A stretch of 32,000 bases of DNA from Formosa sp. Hel1_33_131 (GCF_001735745.1 NZ_CP017260.1:1590001-1622000), one strand, 5' to 3'. Positions 17,101 through 25,477 are shown, counted from the first letter of the stretch. Numbers and translations are program-made. The notes: a model not told the origin generated them from the letters alone.

Positions 17101-20100
17101 CTGGAGGCATTACAGATGATGATGTTTCTGACCTCTACGCAAGACGAATTTTTATTAAAGAGCTGTTCCCTCAAGTAACGGTCGTCACAGGACAATACTC
17201 TGTTATCAACACCTTAGATTTAGTATATGAACCTGAAGAAAGAGGGCCGTATAATTATAAGCTAGACGCAGTCGATGGTATTTTAGAAACACCTCAAAAC
17301 AGTTGGGCTGGGATTACAAGACAACTCACCTCCACAGATTTTGAGCAATCTAATGTAGAGTATATTGAGTTTTGGCTCATGGATCCCTTTTTGGACAATC
17401 CTTCTAATCCTGGGGGAAAACTAGTTTTTAATTTAGGGAACATTTCTGAAGATGTGATTAAAGATGGTGAAAAACAATACGAAAACGGACTGCCTGAAGA
17501 TGGAGATATTAGTATTTTATCACAATCCCTTTGGAAAACCGTCACGCCTCAAAATCAATCCTTGATCTATGCATTTTCATCGCAAGGGGATGACCGTAAC
17601 AACCAGGATGTTGGACTGGATGGTTATGACGATTCTGAAGAAGGCACGAGTGATGCACAATTTAGACCTTTTGCAGGACTTGAAGATCCAGCCAATGACA
17701 ACTATAATTATTACCTCAATACCGAAGGTGATATCTTTGAGCGTTACAAAAGATATAATGGACTCGAAGGGAATTCTCCAGATGCAGTCTCAGATACCAA
17801 TCGCGGTTCTACAACGCTCCCAGATGTGGAAGATATCAATAGAGATAACACGATGAATACCATAGACAGTTATTACGAATATGAAATAGACATCTCTACT
17901 TCAGATTTAAATGACGCTAGCAATTCCTATATTGTCGATCGTAAGTCCGTTTCAAACATAACCTTACCAAACGGTTCTTCGTCAGGAACGATCAATTGGT
18001 ATCAGTATCGAATTCCAGTGTCTGAATTCACGAATAACATTGGAGAAATATCAGATTTTAGATCCATTCGATTTGCACGTATATATTTAAAAAATTTCTC
18101 AGAAAGAACCGTATTTCGATTTGGAACTTTGGATTTAGTACGAAGCGATTGGCGTCGTTATCAACTATCCCTTGATGACGACTCGAATGAGGCTACGCAA
18201 TTAGAAGGCACCGATTTTAGTGTTGGTATTGTAGGCATTCAAGAAAATGACGGTGGCTATGTATCCCCTCCAGGAGTTGAACGGGAACAATTAAACAACA
18301 ACAATACTATTGTGCCTCAAAACGAACAATCCTTAGTGGTGGATGTTTGTGCGTTGGAATCAAAAGATGCAAGAGGTGTTTTCAAAAACATCAATGTGGA
18401 CATGCGTCAGTACAAAAATCTGAAAATGTTCATCCATGCTGAGGACGGTGAAACCGACAGTTTTGAACAAGGAAGCTTAGTGGGATTCATTCGAATGGGG
18501 AACGATTTCACACAAAATTATTACCAAATAGAGGTTCCTTTACGGAAATCTTCTGGAGCCGTTACTAACCCAGATGATGATGAACAAGTGAAAAAGGTTT
18601 GGCCTGAATACAATGAGATAAATATTCCCTTAGAATTTCTTGAAAAAATAAAAGCCTTGGGCATAGGTCAAGGTACCTTAGGGAACGAAGCTCCGACCTT
18701 TTACAATGTGATTGATGGGGAATTACAAGAAAACCTGGTTGGAAGTTTAGAATTTGCACCATTCTCGTTAAATGCTGGTTCTGATTTAGATACCGATCCT
18801 GTAGAACAACGGATTGCCATCAAAGGAAATCCAAATTTTGGAGACATTAGAACCCTAATGGTGGGAGTCAAAAACATTAGCGGAAATTCACAATGTGCGG
18901 AAGTATGGTTCAATGAATTGCGTCTTGCAGACATGGACAACAAAGGAGGCTGGGCTGCGATTATGAGTGTGGATACCAACATCGCCGATTTCATGAACAT
19001 CAATGCCACCGCAAAACGAAGTACCACTGGTTTTGGAAGTTTAGAACAAGGGCCAAACGAGCGAAGTCGTGAAGACTTGAAACAATACGATGTGGTTACC
19101 AACATGAATCTTGGTCAGTTGTTACCAAAAAAATGGGGCTTGGAAATTCCTTTTAATTATGGACAAAGTGAAGAACTCATCACTCCTGAGTACGACCAGC
19201 AATTCAAAGATTTAAAACTTCAAAGCCTAATGGATGCCGCCGAAACTTCGGAAGATCGCGAACGCATCAAAACCCAATCAGAAGATTATACAAAACGTCA
19301 AAGCATCAATTTTATAGGCGTTCGAAAACAGCGTACGGGCGATGCCAAACCAAGAGTGTACGACGTCGAGAATTTAACGATGAACTATTCTTTCAATCAA
19401 ATCAAACACCGAGATTTTGAAATTGAAAACTCTTTGGATCAAAATGCAAGAGTAGGTGCCAATTACAATTATAGTTTCACCCCAATAAAACTGGAGCCCT
19501 TCAAGAAAAACGATTCTCTATTTATGAATAAATATTGGAAACTCATAAAGGATTTTAATTTAAACTTATTGCCTTCAAGTCTTTCGGTGAATTCAGATTT
19601 TGTACGACAATTCAACAGTCAGAAATTTAGAGATGCCGGATTAGGTGCTGGAAACATTACGGTTGATGAATTGATTAGAAGAAACTACACCTTCGATTTT
19701 CAATACACCATCAATTACGACCTTACAAAGGGTTTACGATTGAACTTCACTTCCTCCACCAATAATATTGTAAGAAATTATTTTAAAAATGATGAATTAA
19801 ATGGCGATCAAGATCCGGAACTTGGTGTCTGGGACCGCTTCTTTGATTTTGGAGATCCAAACAGACACACCCAACAACTAGGGATCAATTATGAATTGCC
19901 GTTAAATAAATTTCCGGCGTTGAGCTTTGTGACCTCTAGTTATTCTTACACAGGCGATTTTCAATGGAACAAAGGGTCTGACCTGTTGGTTGGTGATTCA
20001 GATACATCTCTTGGAAATTCTATTTCGAATGCCAATCAGCATAACTTGAACACTTCGTTTGACATGCGCAAACTGTACCGTTATCTAGGAATAAAAAAAT

Positions 20101-21539
20101 CATCAAGAAGAAATAGAGCTGTAAAATCGAATGCTAAAGCATCCTCAAAATCTAAAAAACTCAATTTGAAGGATTTTGGAATTGGATTGTTAACGAGTAT
20201 CAACCGCATGCAAATTAATTATTCCGAAGGAAATAGCTCTTTTTTACCGGGCTACCTTCCAACGCCAGGCTTTTTAGGAACCCTTAGGCCAACGGCTGGA
20301 TACACCTTTGGAAGTCAGCGTGACATCAGAAGAATTTCTGCTGAAAACGGATGGCTTACAACCTATGCTCAATTCAATCAGCAGTACACCGAAACTCATA
20401 CCCAAAACATAGATTTTAATATTAATATGGAGCCAATCTCCGATCTGAAAATAGATTTGAATGGGGGTAAAACCTATGCAACCAACCTTACAGAAACTTT
20501 TAATGCAGTAGGGAATAGGTACAATCTATTAATCCCAAACACCTTTGGGAACTTCAATATATCAACCATCTTAATTAAAACCGCTTTCAGTCAAAGCGAC
20601 GAAAATAAATCGGTTCCATTTGAAGAATTTAAAACCAACCGTTTGGTGATTGCCAACCGTCTGGCTCAAAACTTTTACGGAGCCAATGGATATACTACAG
20701 ATGCAGAAGGCTACCCTGAAGGCTTTGGTAAAAACAGTCAAGCCGTATTGTTACCTTCCTTCTTAGCGGCCTACTCTGGAAAAAAATCAAATAAAATTAG
20801 TTTGGATGCTTTTAGAGACATTCCACTTCCTAACTGGACTTTGAAGTACACAGGGTTTATGAAAAACAAATGGTTCAAAAAGCGCTTTAGAAGGTTCTCT
20901 TTAACCCATGGTTACAATGCATCCTACACCATCAACCAGTTCAGATCAAATCTTGATTACAAAGCTGCAAATCCAACCTTGGATTTTGAAACACAAAAAA
21001 ACAGTAACACCTTAGATCAATCAGATAACTTTAAAGCTAAAGATCTATACAGCAACATCAATTTAGTGGAGCAGTTCAGTCCTTTGGTGAAGATTGATTT
21101 TGAAATGAAAAATTCCGTCAAGGTCTCTGGCGAAATTAAAAAAGATCGAAGTTTGTCGTTAAGTTTTGACAACAACCTACTGACCGAAATTCACGGAAAC
21201 GAATATATTTTTGGACTCGGTTATCGAATTAAAGACTTAAGAATTCGTTCGAAATTAGCGGGATCTCGTAGAATCATTAAAAGTGATTTGAATATGAAAG
21301 CCGATATTTCTATGAGAAATAACAAAACCATCATTCGGTATTTGGACTTAGACAACAATCAAGTGAGTGCGGGTCAAACGATATGGAGCATGCGTTATGC
21401 CGCGGATTATGCCTTCAGTAAAAACTTAACAGCCATCTTCTACTTTGACTATGCGTTCTCAGAATATGCGATTTCAACAGCCTTTCCTCAAACGACCATT
21501 CGTTCAGGATTTACCTTGCGTTACAACTTTGGAAATTAA
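14157..21539 (+). CDS. sprA: Cell surface protein SprA, the giant outer-membrane beta-barrel translocon of the type IX secretion system
   Basis: 2460-aa single ORF with an N-terminal signal peptide (KRLFLGVLLLSFNSVLFA-QE). Beta-rich, aromatic-rich composition along the whole length and a C-terminal ...LRYNFGN ending. Size and sequence character match Flavobacterium SprA (~2400 aa). The start is a TTG. Confidence 0.9.
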   Translation: MKITSHKSCFKRLFLGVLLLSFNSVLFAQEPATVRDSTSTTFSFGKLDIPDPASIESKYTYDPLTDRYFYTSTVGDFNINYPVILTPKEFQDLVVKESLKAYYKEKLDALDGKKEGSEEAKKNLIPDLYINSKFFETIFGSNVISVVPQGSVEMDLGVMYTKQENPAFSPRNQSNFTFDFDQRISLSLTGKVGTRLKVNANYDTQSTFDFQNLFKIEYTPLNNPEELLGERGRELLGQGKELLNKGRQLEDQGRQLLSDPTGAAKGLAQKELNKLNSDNEDSILQKLELGNVSMPLNSSLITGAQSLFGVKTELQFGKTRVTAVFSEQQSETRSVTAQGGGTLEDFEFFGLDYDENRHFFLAQYFRSEYDDALKNYPFINSQVQITRVEVWVTNRTNQIQNVRNIVALQDLGESSVIGLTSIPGGFVNQEAEAYPDNKNNKFDPTKIGGPGSLLSDAIRDIATVQSGFLIPGVNEGFDYGKLENARKLTEGNEFSVDTQLGYISLNQRLQNDEVLAVAYQYTIGDKVYQVGEFANDGLAATDVEVDLSTGNQTVTNQSLVLKMLKSAVTNVNLPTWDLMMKNIYNTGAYQLSQDDFRLNIFYNETSALNFITPVSGTPFPAPIGNNDPIEETPLIRLFNFDRLNFNNDPQNKGDGFFDFVPGVTVIPQNGKIIFTKVEPFGSFLFETLRTTGSENYEGDESILGFYNPNQAKYVYRSLYKNTKTAALQDSDKNKFLMRGRYKSSGGSGIPIGAFNVPRGSVKVTAGGRVLVEGVDYTVNYQIGTVQILDPSLQASNTPIQVSVENNAVFGQQTKRFSGINVEHQFNENFVLGATVLNLNERPITQKANYGSESINNTIFGFNGNYSTEVPFLTRLANKLPNIDTDVESNLSLRGEFAYLRPGAPKGTDFDSEATSYVDDFEGSQNGISLLSPQSWFLSSRPKNLGRVYAEGAEDVAGYQNGFDRAHLNWYSVDPIFYSGQRPGGITDDDVSDLYARRIFIKELFPQVTVVTGQYSVINTLDLVYEPEERGPYNYKLDAVDGILETPQNSWAGITRQLTSTDFEQSNVEYIEFWLMDPFLDNPSNPGGKLVFNLGNISEDVIKDGEKQYENGLPEDGDISILSQSLWKTVTPQNQSLIYAFSSQGDDRNNQDVGLDGYDDSEEGTSDAQFRPFAGLEDPANDNYNYYLNTEGDIFERYKRYNGLEGNSPDAVSDTNRGSTTLPDVEDINRDNTMNTIDSYYEYEIDISTSDLNDASNSYIVDRKSVSNITLPNGSSSGTINWYQYRIPVSEFTNNIGEISDFRSIRFARIYLKNFSERTVFRFGTLDLVRSDWRRYQLSLDDDSNEATQLEGTDFSVGIVGIQENDGGYVSPPGVEREQLNNNNTIVPQNEQSLVVDVCALESKDARGVFKNINVDMRQYKNLKMFIHAEDGETDSFEQGSLVGFIRMGNDFTQNYYQIEVPLRKSSGAVTNPDDDEQVKKVWPEYNEINIPLEFLEKIKALGIGQGTLGNEAPTFYNVIDGELQENLVGSLEFAPFSLNAGSDLDTDPVEQRIAIKGNPNFGDIRTLMVGVKNISGNSQCAEVWFNELRLADMDNKGGWAAIMSVDTNIADFMNINATAKRSTTGFGSLEQGPNERSREDLKQYDVVTNMNLGQLLPKKWGLEIPFNYGQSEELITPEYDQQFKDLKLQSLMDAAETSEDRERIKTQSEDYTKRQSINFIGVRKQRTGDAKPRVYDVENLTMNYSFNQIKHRDFEIENSLDQNARVGANYNYSFTPIKLEPFKKNDSLFMNKYWKLIKDFNLNLLPSSLSVNSDFVRQFNSQKFRDAGLGAGNITVDELIRRNYTFDFQYTINYDLTKGLRLNFTSSTNNIVRNYFKNDELNGDQDPELGVWDRFFDFGDPNRHTQQLGINYELPLNKFPALSFVTSSYSYTGDFQWNKGSDLLVGDSDTSLGNSISNANQHNLNTSFDMRKLYRYLGIKKSSRRNRAVKSNAKASSKSKKLNLKDFGIGLLTSINRMQINYSEGNSSFLPGYLPTPGFLGTLRPTAGYTFGSQRDIRRISAENGWLTTYAQFNQQYTETHTQNIDFNINMEPISDLKIDLNGGKTYATNLTETFNAVGNRYNLLIPNTFGNFNISTILIKTAFSQSDENKSVPFEEFKTNRLVIANRLAQNFYGANGYTTDAEGYPEGFGKNSQAVLLPSFLAAYSGKKSNKISLDAFRDIPLPNWTLKYTGFMKNKWFKKRFRRFSLTHGYNASYTINQFRSNLDYKAANPTLDFETQKNSNTLDQSDNFKAKDLYSNINLVEQFSPLVKIDFEMKNSVKVSGEIKKDRSLSLSFDNNLLTEIHGNEYIFGLGYRIKDLRIRSKLAGSRRIIKSDLNMKADISMRNNKTIIRYLDLDNNQVSAGQTIWSMRYAADYAFSKNLTAIFYFDYAFSEYAISTAFPQTTIRSGFTLRYNFGN

Positions 21540-21566
21540 TACAAACCACATTAATACTATATAATT

Positions 21567-21947
21567 ATGAATGTACCTACTGACTTAAAATACACAAAAG
21601 ACCACGAATGGGTAAAAATTGACGGCGATACTGTCACCGTTGGAATTACCGATTTTGCACAAGGTGAATTAGGAGATATTGTTTACGTTGAAGTAGAATC
21701 ACTAGAAGAGACATTAGAAGTGGATGCCGTTTTTGGAACTGTCGAAGCCGTCAAAACCGTATCAGATTTGTTTTTGCCAATCGCCGGTGAAATCATTGAA
21801 TTTAATGAATCACTAGAAGAAGAACCTGAAAAAGTAAATGACGACCCTTATGGCGACGGCTGGATGATCAAAATAAAGGTTGCAAATACAGCAGATTTAG
21901 AAACGCTTTTGAGTGCAGACGATTATAAAGCAATCATAGGTGCTTAA
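21567..21947 (+). CDS. gcvH: Glycine cleavage system protein H
   Basis: 126 aa. YTKDHEWV N-terminal motif and lipoyl-lysine motif VEAVKTVSD. Confidence 0.95.
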   Translation: MNVPTDLKYTKDHEWVKIDGDTVTVGITDFAQGELGDIVYVEVESLEETLEVDAVFGTVEAVKTVSDLFLPIAGEIIEFNESLEEEPEKVNDDPYGDGWMIKIKVANTADLETLLSADDYKAIIGA

Positions 21948-22311
21948 AAACACTTTGATACATAGCGTCACTGTTATATATACAATTGCAATTGCTGTTT
22001 TAAGCTTGGCACATCTTACAGAGTTGCCAGAACTCAACACGGGTTTTGATGATAAAATAGCACATTTCATCTTATATGCGGGACTTTGTTTATTTTGGTT
22101 TATGAGCTTACATGTTTTTAAAATAAAATCAAGTTTACTAATAGCATCTCTGCTGTCCATTGTCTTTGGCGCTGTCATTGAAGTTTTACAAGGAGTCGTC
22201 TCTATATATAGAACAGCGGACATCTTTGATCTTGTCGCAAATTGCCTAGGAGTTCTTATAATGGCTCTTATTATTTACACTAAAAAAGAAGTTATTGTTA
22301 AAAAGCTATAA
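21940..22311 (+). CDS. VanZ family membrane protein
   Basis: Four TM helices with VanZ-type motifs DKIAHFILYAGL and DLVANCLGVL. GTG start overlapping the gcvH stop by 8 nt. Confidence 0.7.
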   Translation: MLKNTLIHSVTVIYTIAIAVLSLAHLTELPELNTGFDDKIAHFILYAGLCLFWFMSLHVFKIKSSLLIASLLSIVFGAVIEVLQGVVSIYRTADIFDLVANCLGVLIMALIIYTKKEVIVKKL

Positions 22312-22370
22312 ACCTTTGTGTATTTATTAAATTTTTAACTAATTTAACGCTCGGAAAAATAACACCAAAA

Positions 22371-23087
22371 ATGGAATCAAAGAAAAACTTAAAAGCAGAC
22401 GTTAGTAGAAATGGATCTGTCTATTTCGCAGTCGGTTTAGCACTTATGTTGTTTTTAACATACAACACTATAAATTATAAGACTTATGACAAGTCGTTAA
22501 TTGATATCGGAAAGTTGGATTTAGATGCAGAACTCGATGAAGAAATTCCTTTAACAGATCAGTTAACCCCACCGCCGCCACCGCCGCCACCGCCAGCAGC
22601 ACCCGAGGTGATTGAGATCGTTGAGGATGAAGAAGAGATTGAAGAAACGGTCATTGAGTCTACCGAAATGGATCAAGATGAAGAAATTGAAGTAGAGGAA
22701 ATTGAAGTAGAAGAGATTTATGAAGATGTTGAGGTTCCGTTTTCGGTGATCGAAAATGTGCCCGAATATCCTGGCTGTGAAAAAGGTTCTAATACCGAAA
22801 AAAGAAAATGTATGTCCGCTAAAATCGCAAAATTTGTGCAACGCAAATTTAATACAGATTTAGCAGGTGATTTAGGATTGTCAGGAAGACAACGTATTAG
22901 TGTGATCTTCAAAATTGATAAAAAAGGGAATGTCACGGGAGTTCGCTCTAGAGCACCACACCCACGATTAGAGAAAGAAGCAGCACGCGTTATCAACATG
23001 TTGCCAAAAATGAAACCAGGACGTCAACGTGGAAAAGCAGTGGTCGTTCCTTACTCTTTACCTATTACGTTTCAAGTCCAAGATTAA
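22371..23087 (+). CDS. TonB-like energy transducer, paralog 1 (TM anchor, P9 tract, acidic linker, TonB C-terminal domain)
   Basis: N-terminal anchor VYFAVGLALMLFL, a run of 9 Pro, an E-rich linker, and a C-terminal domain (VIENVPEYPGCE...C...KPGRQRGKAVVVPYSLPITFQV) typical of Flavobacterium-type TonB_C proteins. Confidence 0.85.
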   Translation: MESKKNLKADVSRNGSVYFAVGLALMLFLTYNTINYKTYDKSLIDIGKLDLDAELDEEIPLTDQLTPPPPPPPPPAAPEVIEIVEDEEEIEETVIESTEMDQDEEIEVEEIEVEEIYEDVEVPFSVIENVPEYPGCEKGSNTEKRKCMSAKIAKFVQRKFNTDLAGDLGLSGRQRISVIFKIDKKGNVTGVRSRAPHPRLEKEAARVINMLPKMKPGRQRGKAVVVPYSLPITFQVQD

Positions 23088-23114
23088 GACCTTTTAATGA
23101 TGTAAAATTTTATG

Positions 23115-23138
23115 AATCCCGCCTCGGCGGGATTTTTT
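23115..23138 (+). terminator. Rho-independent terminator after TonB paralog 1
   Basis: 8-bp stem AATCCCGC / GCGGGATT with loop CTCG, followed by TTTT. Confidence 0.75.
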
Positions 23139-23187
23139 GGTATGTTTTTTGTGGTGTATAAATTTATAAACCCTAAAATATAACATC

Positions 23188-23934
23188 ATGAAATCGCCTC
23201 CAGACGAATACCAAAACCGTTTACCAAAAAAAACTACGAAGGCTGATGTCAGTCGAAACAGTTCTATCTATTTTGCTGTCGGACTAGTTTTAATGCTATT
23301 TATTTCCAATCAACTGATTAATTATAAGTCGTACGATAAATCTGATATTGATATTGGATCTTTAGACCTCGAGAAAGAAATTGAAGAAGAAATTCCAATT
23401 ATTGACCTGAAGTTGCCACCACCACCACCACCACCACCACCGGTTGCTCCTCAGGTCATTGAAGTCGTTGAGGATGAAGAGGAGGTCGAAGAAACAGTTA
23501 TTGAATCTACGGAGGTAGATCAAGATGATGAAATTGAAATTGAAGAGGTGGAGGTTGAAGAAGTCGAAGAAGATGTTGAAGTACACTTTACGGTCATCGA
23601 AAATGTACCTGAATACCCAGGCTGTGAAAAAGGCTCAAACGCCAAAAAACGAAAATGTATGTCCGATAAAATCACAAAATTTGTGCAAAGAAAGTTCAAT
23701 ACAGATTTAGCAGGTGATTTAGGGTTGACAGGAAAACAACGTATTAGTGTGATCTTCAAAATTGATAAAAAAGGGAATGTGACGGGAGTTCGCTCTAGAG
23801 CACCACACCCCCGATTAGAGAAAGAAGCAGCACGCGTTATCAACATGTTGCCAAAAATGAAACCAGGACGTCAACGTGGACGGTCGGTAGTTGTCTCTTA
23901 TACGTTGCCTATTACCTTTTTAGTGCAAGAATAA
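23188..23934 (+). CDS. TonB-like energy transducer, paralog 2
   Basis: Same architecture as paralog 1: anchor IYFAVGLVLMLFI, P9 encoded by (CCA)8CCG, an acidic linker, and a near-identical C-terminal domain. Confidence 0.85.
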   Translation: MKSPPDEYQNRLPKKTTKADVSRNSSIYFAVGLVLMLFISNQLINYKSYDKSDIDIGSLDLEKEIEEEIPIIDLKLPPPPPPPPPVAPQVIEVVEDEEEVEETVIESTEVDQDDEIEIEEVEVEEVEEDVEVHFTVIENVPEYPGCEKGSNAKKRKCMSDKITKFVQRKFNTDLAGDLGLTGKQRISVIFKIDKKGNVTGVRSRAPHPRLEKEAARVINMLPKMKPGRQRGRSVVVSYTLPITFLVQE

Positions 23935-23955
23935 TATTTTTATTTCTTAACATTC

Positions 23956-23982
23956 AAATCCCGCAGTTGCGGGATTTTTTTT
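23956..23982 (+). terminator. Rho-independent terminator after TonB paralog 2
   Basis: 9-bp stem AAATCCCGC / GCGGGATTT with loop AGTT, followed by TTTTT. It has the same stem core as the terminator at 23115. Confidence 0.8.
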
Positions 23983-24029
23983 GGCATATTTATTGAATAC
24001 TCAAAAGGGTAACCTTTAAAACAATTCGT

Positions 24030-24806
24030 ATGGACACTTCAAAAAAACAGTTAGTCAACCAAAACAATTCTTCAAATGAACACCCTAAACCAAAGAAGAA
24101 AGACGCTAATTTAAAGTACAACCCTACAGTTTATTTTTTAATTGGATTAGCGATTACTTTGTTTTCAACCTATAGTTTGTTTGAAATGAATTTTAAAGTT
24201 AAAAATCAGATCTCAATCACAACTCAGCCACCTCTATGTGAAAATCCTATTATCTATGATTATGTTAGCTATGTTGTAGAAAAAGAAAAAGTGATTGTTA
24301 AAAAACAACGCACCTCCGTAGCTAAAGATCCAATTATTTCAGAGGACCCTATAATTGAGGCTCCAACATTTATAGATCAACCGATTGACTCTGGTGACAC
24401 ACCAGTTCCTGTAAGCAGTATTGTAGTTCAACCCCCTGTAGAAGATTTGGAAGTTATATTTACGGTTGTAGAGCATGTACCCGAGTATCCAGGTTGCGAG
24501 AAAGGCACCAACGCAGTAAAGCGTAAATGTATGTCCAAGAAAATCGCAAAATTTGTACAACGTAAATTCAACACTGATTTGGCAAACGATTTAGGTTTGA
24601 CTGGAAAACAAAAGATCAGTGTGGTCTTTAAAATTGATAAAAACGGAAGTATAATAGGAGTCCGTTCTAGAGCACCCCACCCAGACTTAGAGCAAGAAGC
24701 CGCCCGTGTGATTAATCTGTTGCCAAAAATGAAACCCGGCCGCCAGCGTGGAAAAGCAGTGGTGGTGCCTTATTTTTTACCTATAACTTTTCAAGTGCAG
24801 GAGTAA
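24030..24806 (+). CDS. TonB-like energy transducer, paralog 3 (divergent N-terminal half, no polyproline or acidic linker)
   Basis: TM anchor VYFLIGLAITLFSTYSLF. C-terminal domain VVEHVPEYPGCEKGTNAVKRKC...KPGRQRGKAVVVPYFLPITFQVQE is homologous to paralogs 1 and 2. Confidence 0.8.
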   Translation: MDTSKKQLVNQNNSSNEHPKPKKKDANLKYNPTVYFLIGLAITLFSTYSLFEMNFKVKNQISITTQPPLCENPIIYDYVSYVVEKEKVIVKKQRTSVAKDPIISEDPIIEAPTFIDQPIDSGDTPVPVSSIVVQPPVEDLEVIFTVVEHVPEYPGCEKGTNAVKRKCMSKKIAKFVQRKFNTDLANDLGLTGKQKISVVFKIDKNGSIIGVRSRAPHPDLEQEAARVINLLPKMKPGRQRGKAVVVPYFLPITFQVQE

Positions 24807-24842
24807 GTCATTTATTTTTTATAAACATTAATTCATAGAGTT

Positions 24843-25427
24843 ATGATTAAAAACAGTTTAAAGAGTTTTTGTTATTTAGTGTCCTTCGTTTTCGTTTTGG
24901 GATGTATGTCTTGCATTCCAGTTTTAGACCCTGAGCCTTGTGATACTCCTATAAATACATCTGTTGGTGTGAATGACACGTTTTCTATAGTGCCATTAAA
25001 TGCGGTTTATAATGTTGGTGATAAAATTACCGTTTCATTTATAGTCGATAATTTAGCCAAACTTCAATCAGATTCCAGTAAAGATTTTAATATTTTTGAA
25101 GAAAGTGGTGAAAATAGAGCTGTTATTCGAGGTGTTCAAAATTATGAAGATTTAGCACATTTAATTTCAAGTCCAATTAACACTATTAAAATTAATTATG
25201 GAGAAGAACATAATTTTGGGTATGCGCTCAAATACCATCCAGACCTAAATAAATATGTTTTAGAACTAGAAGTTACATTTTTAACGGAAAGGGTCTATAC
25301 TTTAGAAGATTTTGATTTTACCCTTCTTTTAGGGAATCGGCCAAATAACTCAGGGGATAACTGTCGTTATTATGAACACGTTTCATCAATTGAAATAAAC
25401 CCTAGTATTTCTTTTGAAGTCCTTTAA
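24843..25427 (+). CDS. Hypothetical lipoprotein (no recognisable domain)
   Basis: Signal peptide with a lipobox-like FVLGC. 194-aa ORF starting 36 nt after paralog 3 with no intervening terminator. Visibly more AT-rich than its neighbours. Confidence 0.55.
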   Translation: MIKNSLKSFCYLVSFVFVLGCMSCIPVLDPEPCDTPINTSVGVNDTFSIVPLNAVYNVGDKITVSFIVDNLAKLQSDSSKDFNIFEESGENRAVIRGVQNYEDLAHLISSPINTIKINYGEEHNFGYALKYHPDLNKYVLELEVTFLTERVYTLEDFDFTLLLGNRPNNSGDNCRYYEHVSSIEINPSISFEVL

Positions 25428-25451
25428 CAACGAAGGTTTTATAAAATGAAG

Positions 25452-25477
25452 TCGTCTAAAAAGCAATTTTTAGACGA
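25452..25477. terminator. Bidirectional terminator hairpin between convergent genes
   Basis: 11-bp perfect stem TCGTCTAAAAA / TTTTTAGACGA with loop GCAA. It is T-rich downstream on the + strand and A-rich upstream, which reads as a U-tract on the - strand. Confidence 0.75.

Noticed and set aside
18701-19105. 134-aa antisense ORF, with several shorter antisense or alternative-frame ORFs, inside sprA (14818-15181, 15574-15777, 16968-17545, 17569-17856, 18565-18762)
   Set aside because: Chance ORFs of this kind are expected in a 7.4-kb gene. None has a promoter box, signal or motif, and the sprA frame is continuous and coherent.
21897-22223. 108-aa minus-strand ORF overlapping the VanZ-like gene
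   Set aside because: The plus-strand frame carries VanZ family motifs (DKIAHFILYAGL, DLVANCLGVL) and four clean TM helices. The minus-strand translation has no such features and would run into gcvH.
22563-22841. Antisense ORFs opposite the TonB paralogs (22563-22841, 22718-22999, 23362-23586, 23520-23846), two of which look conserved between copies; one contains W8
   Set aside because: Their apparent conservation only mirrors the duplication and gene-conversion tract of the sense genes. The poly-Trp is the antisense reading of (CCA)8. There is no independent coding signal.
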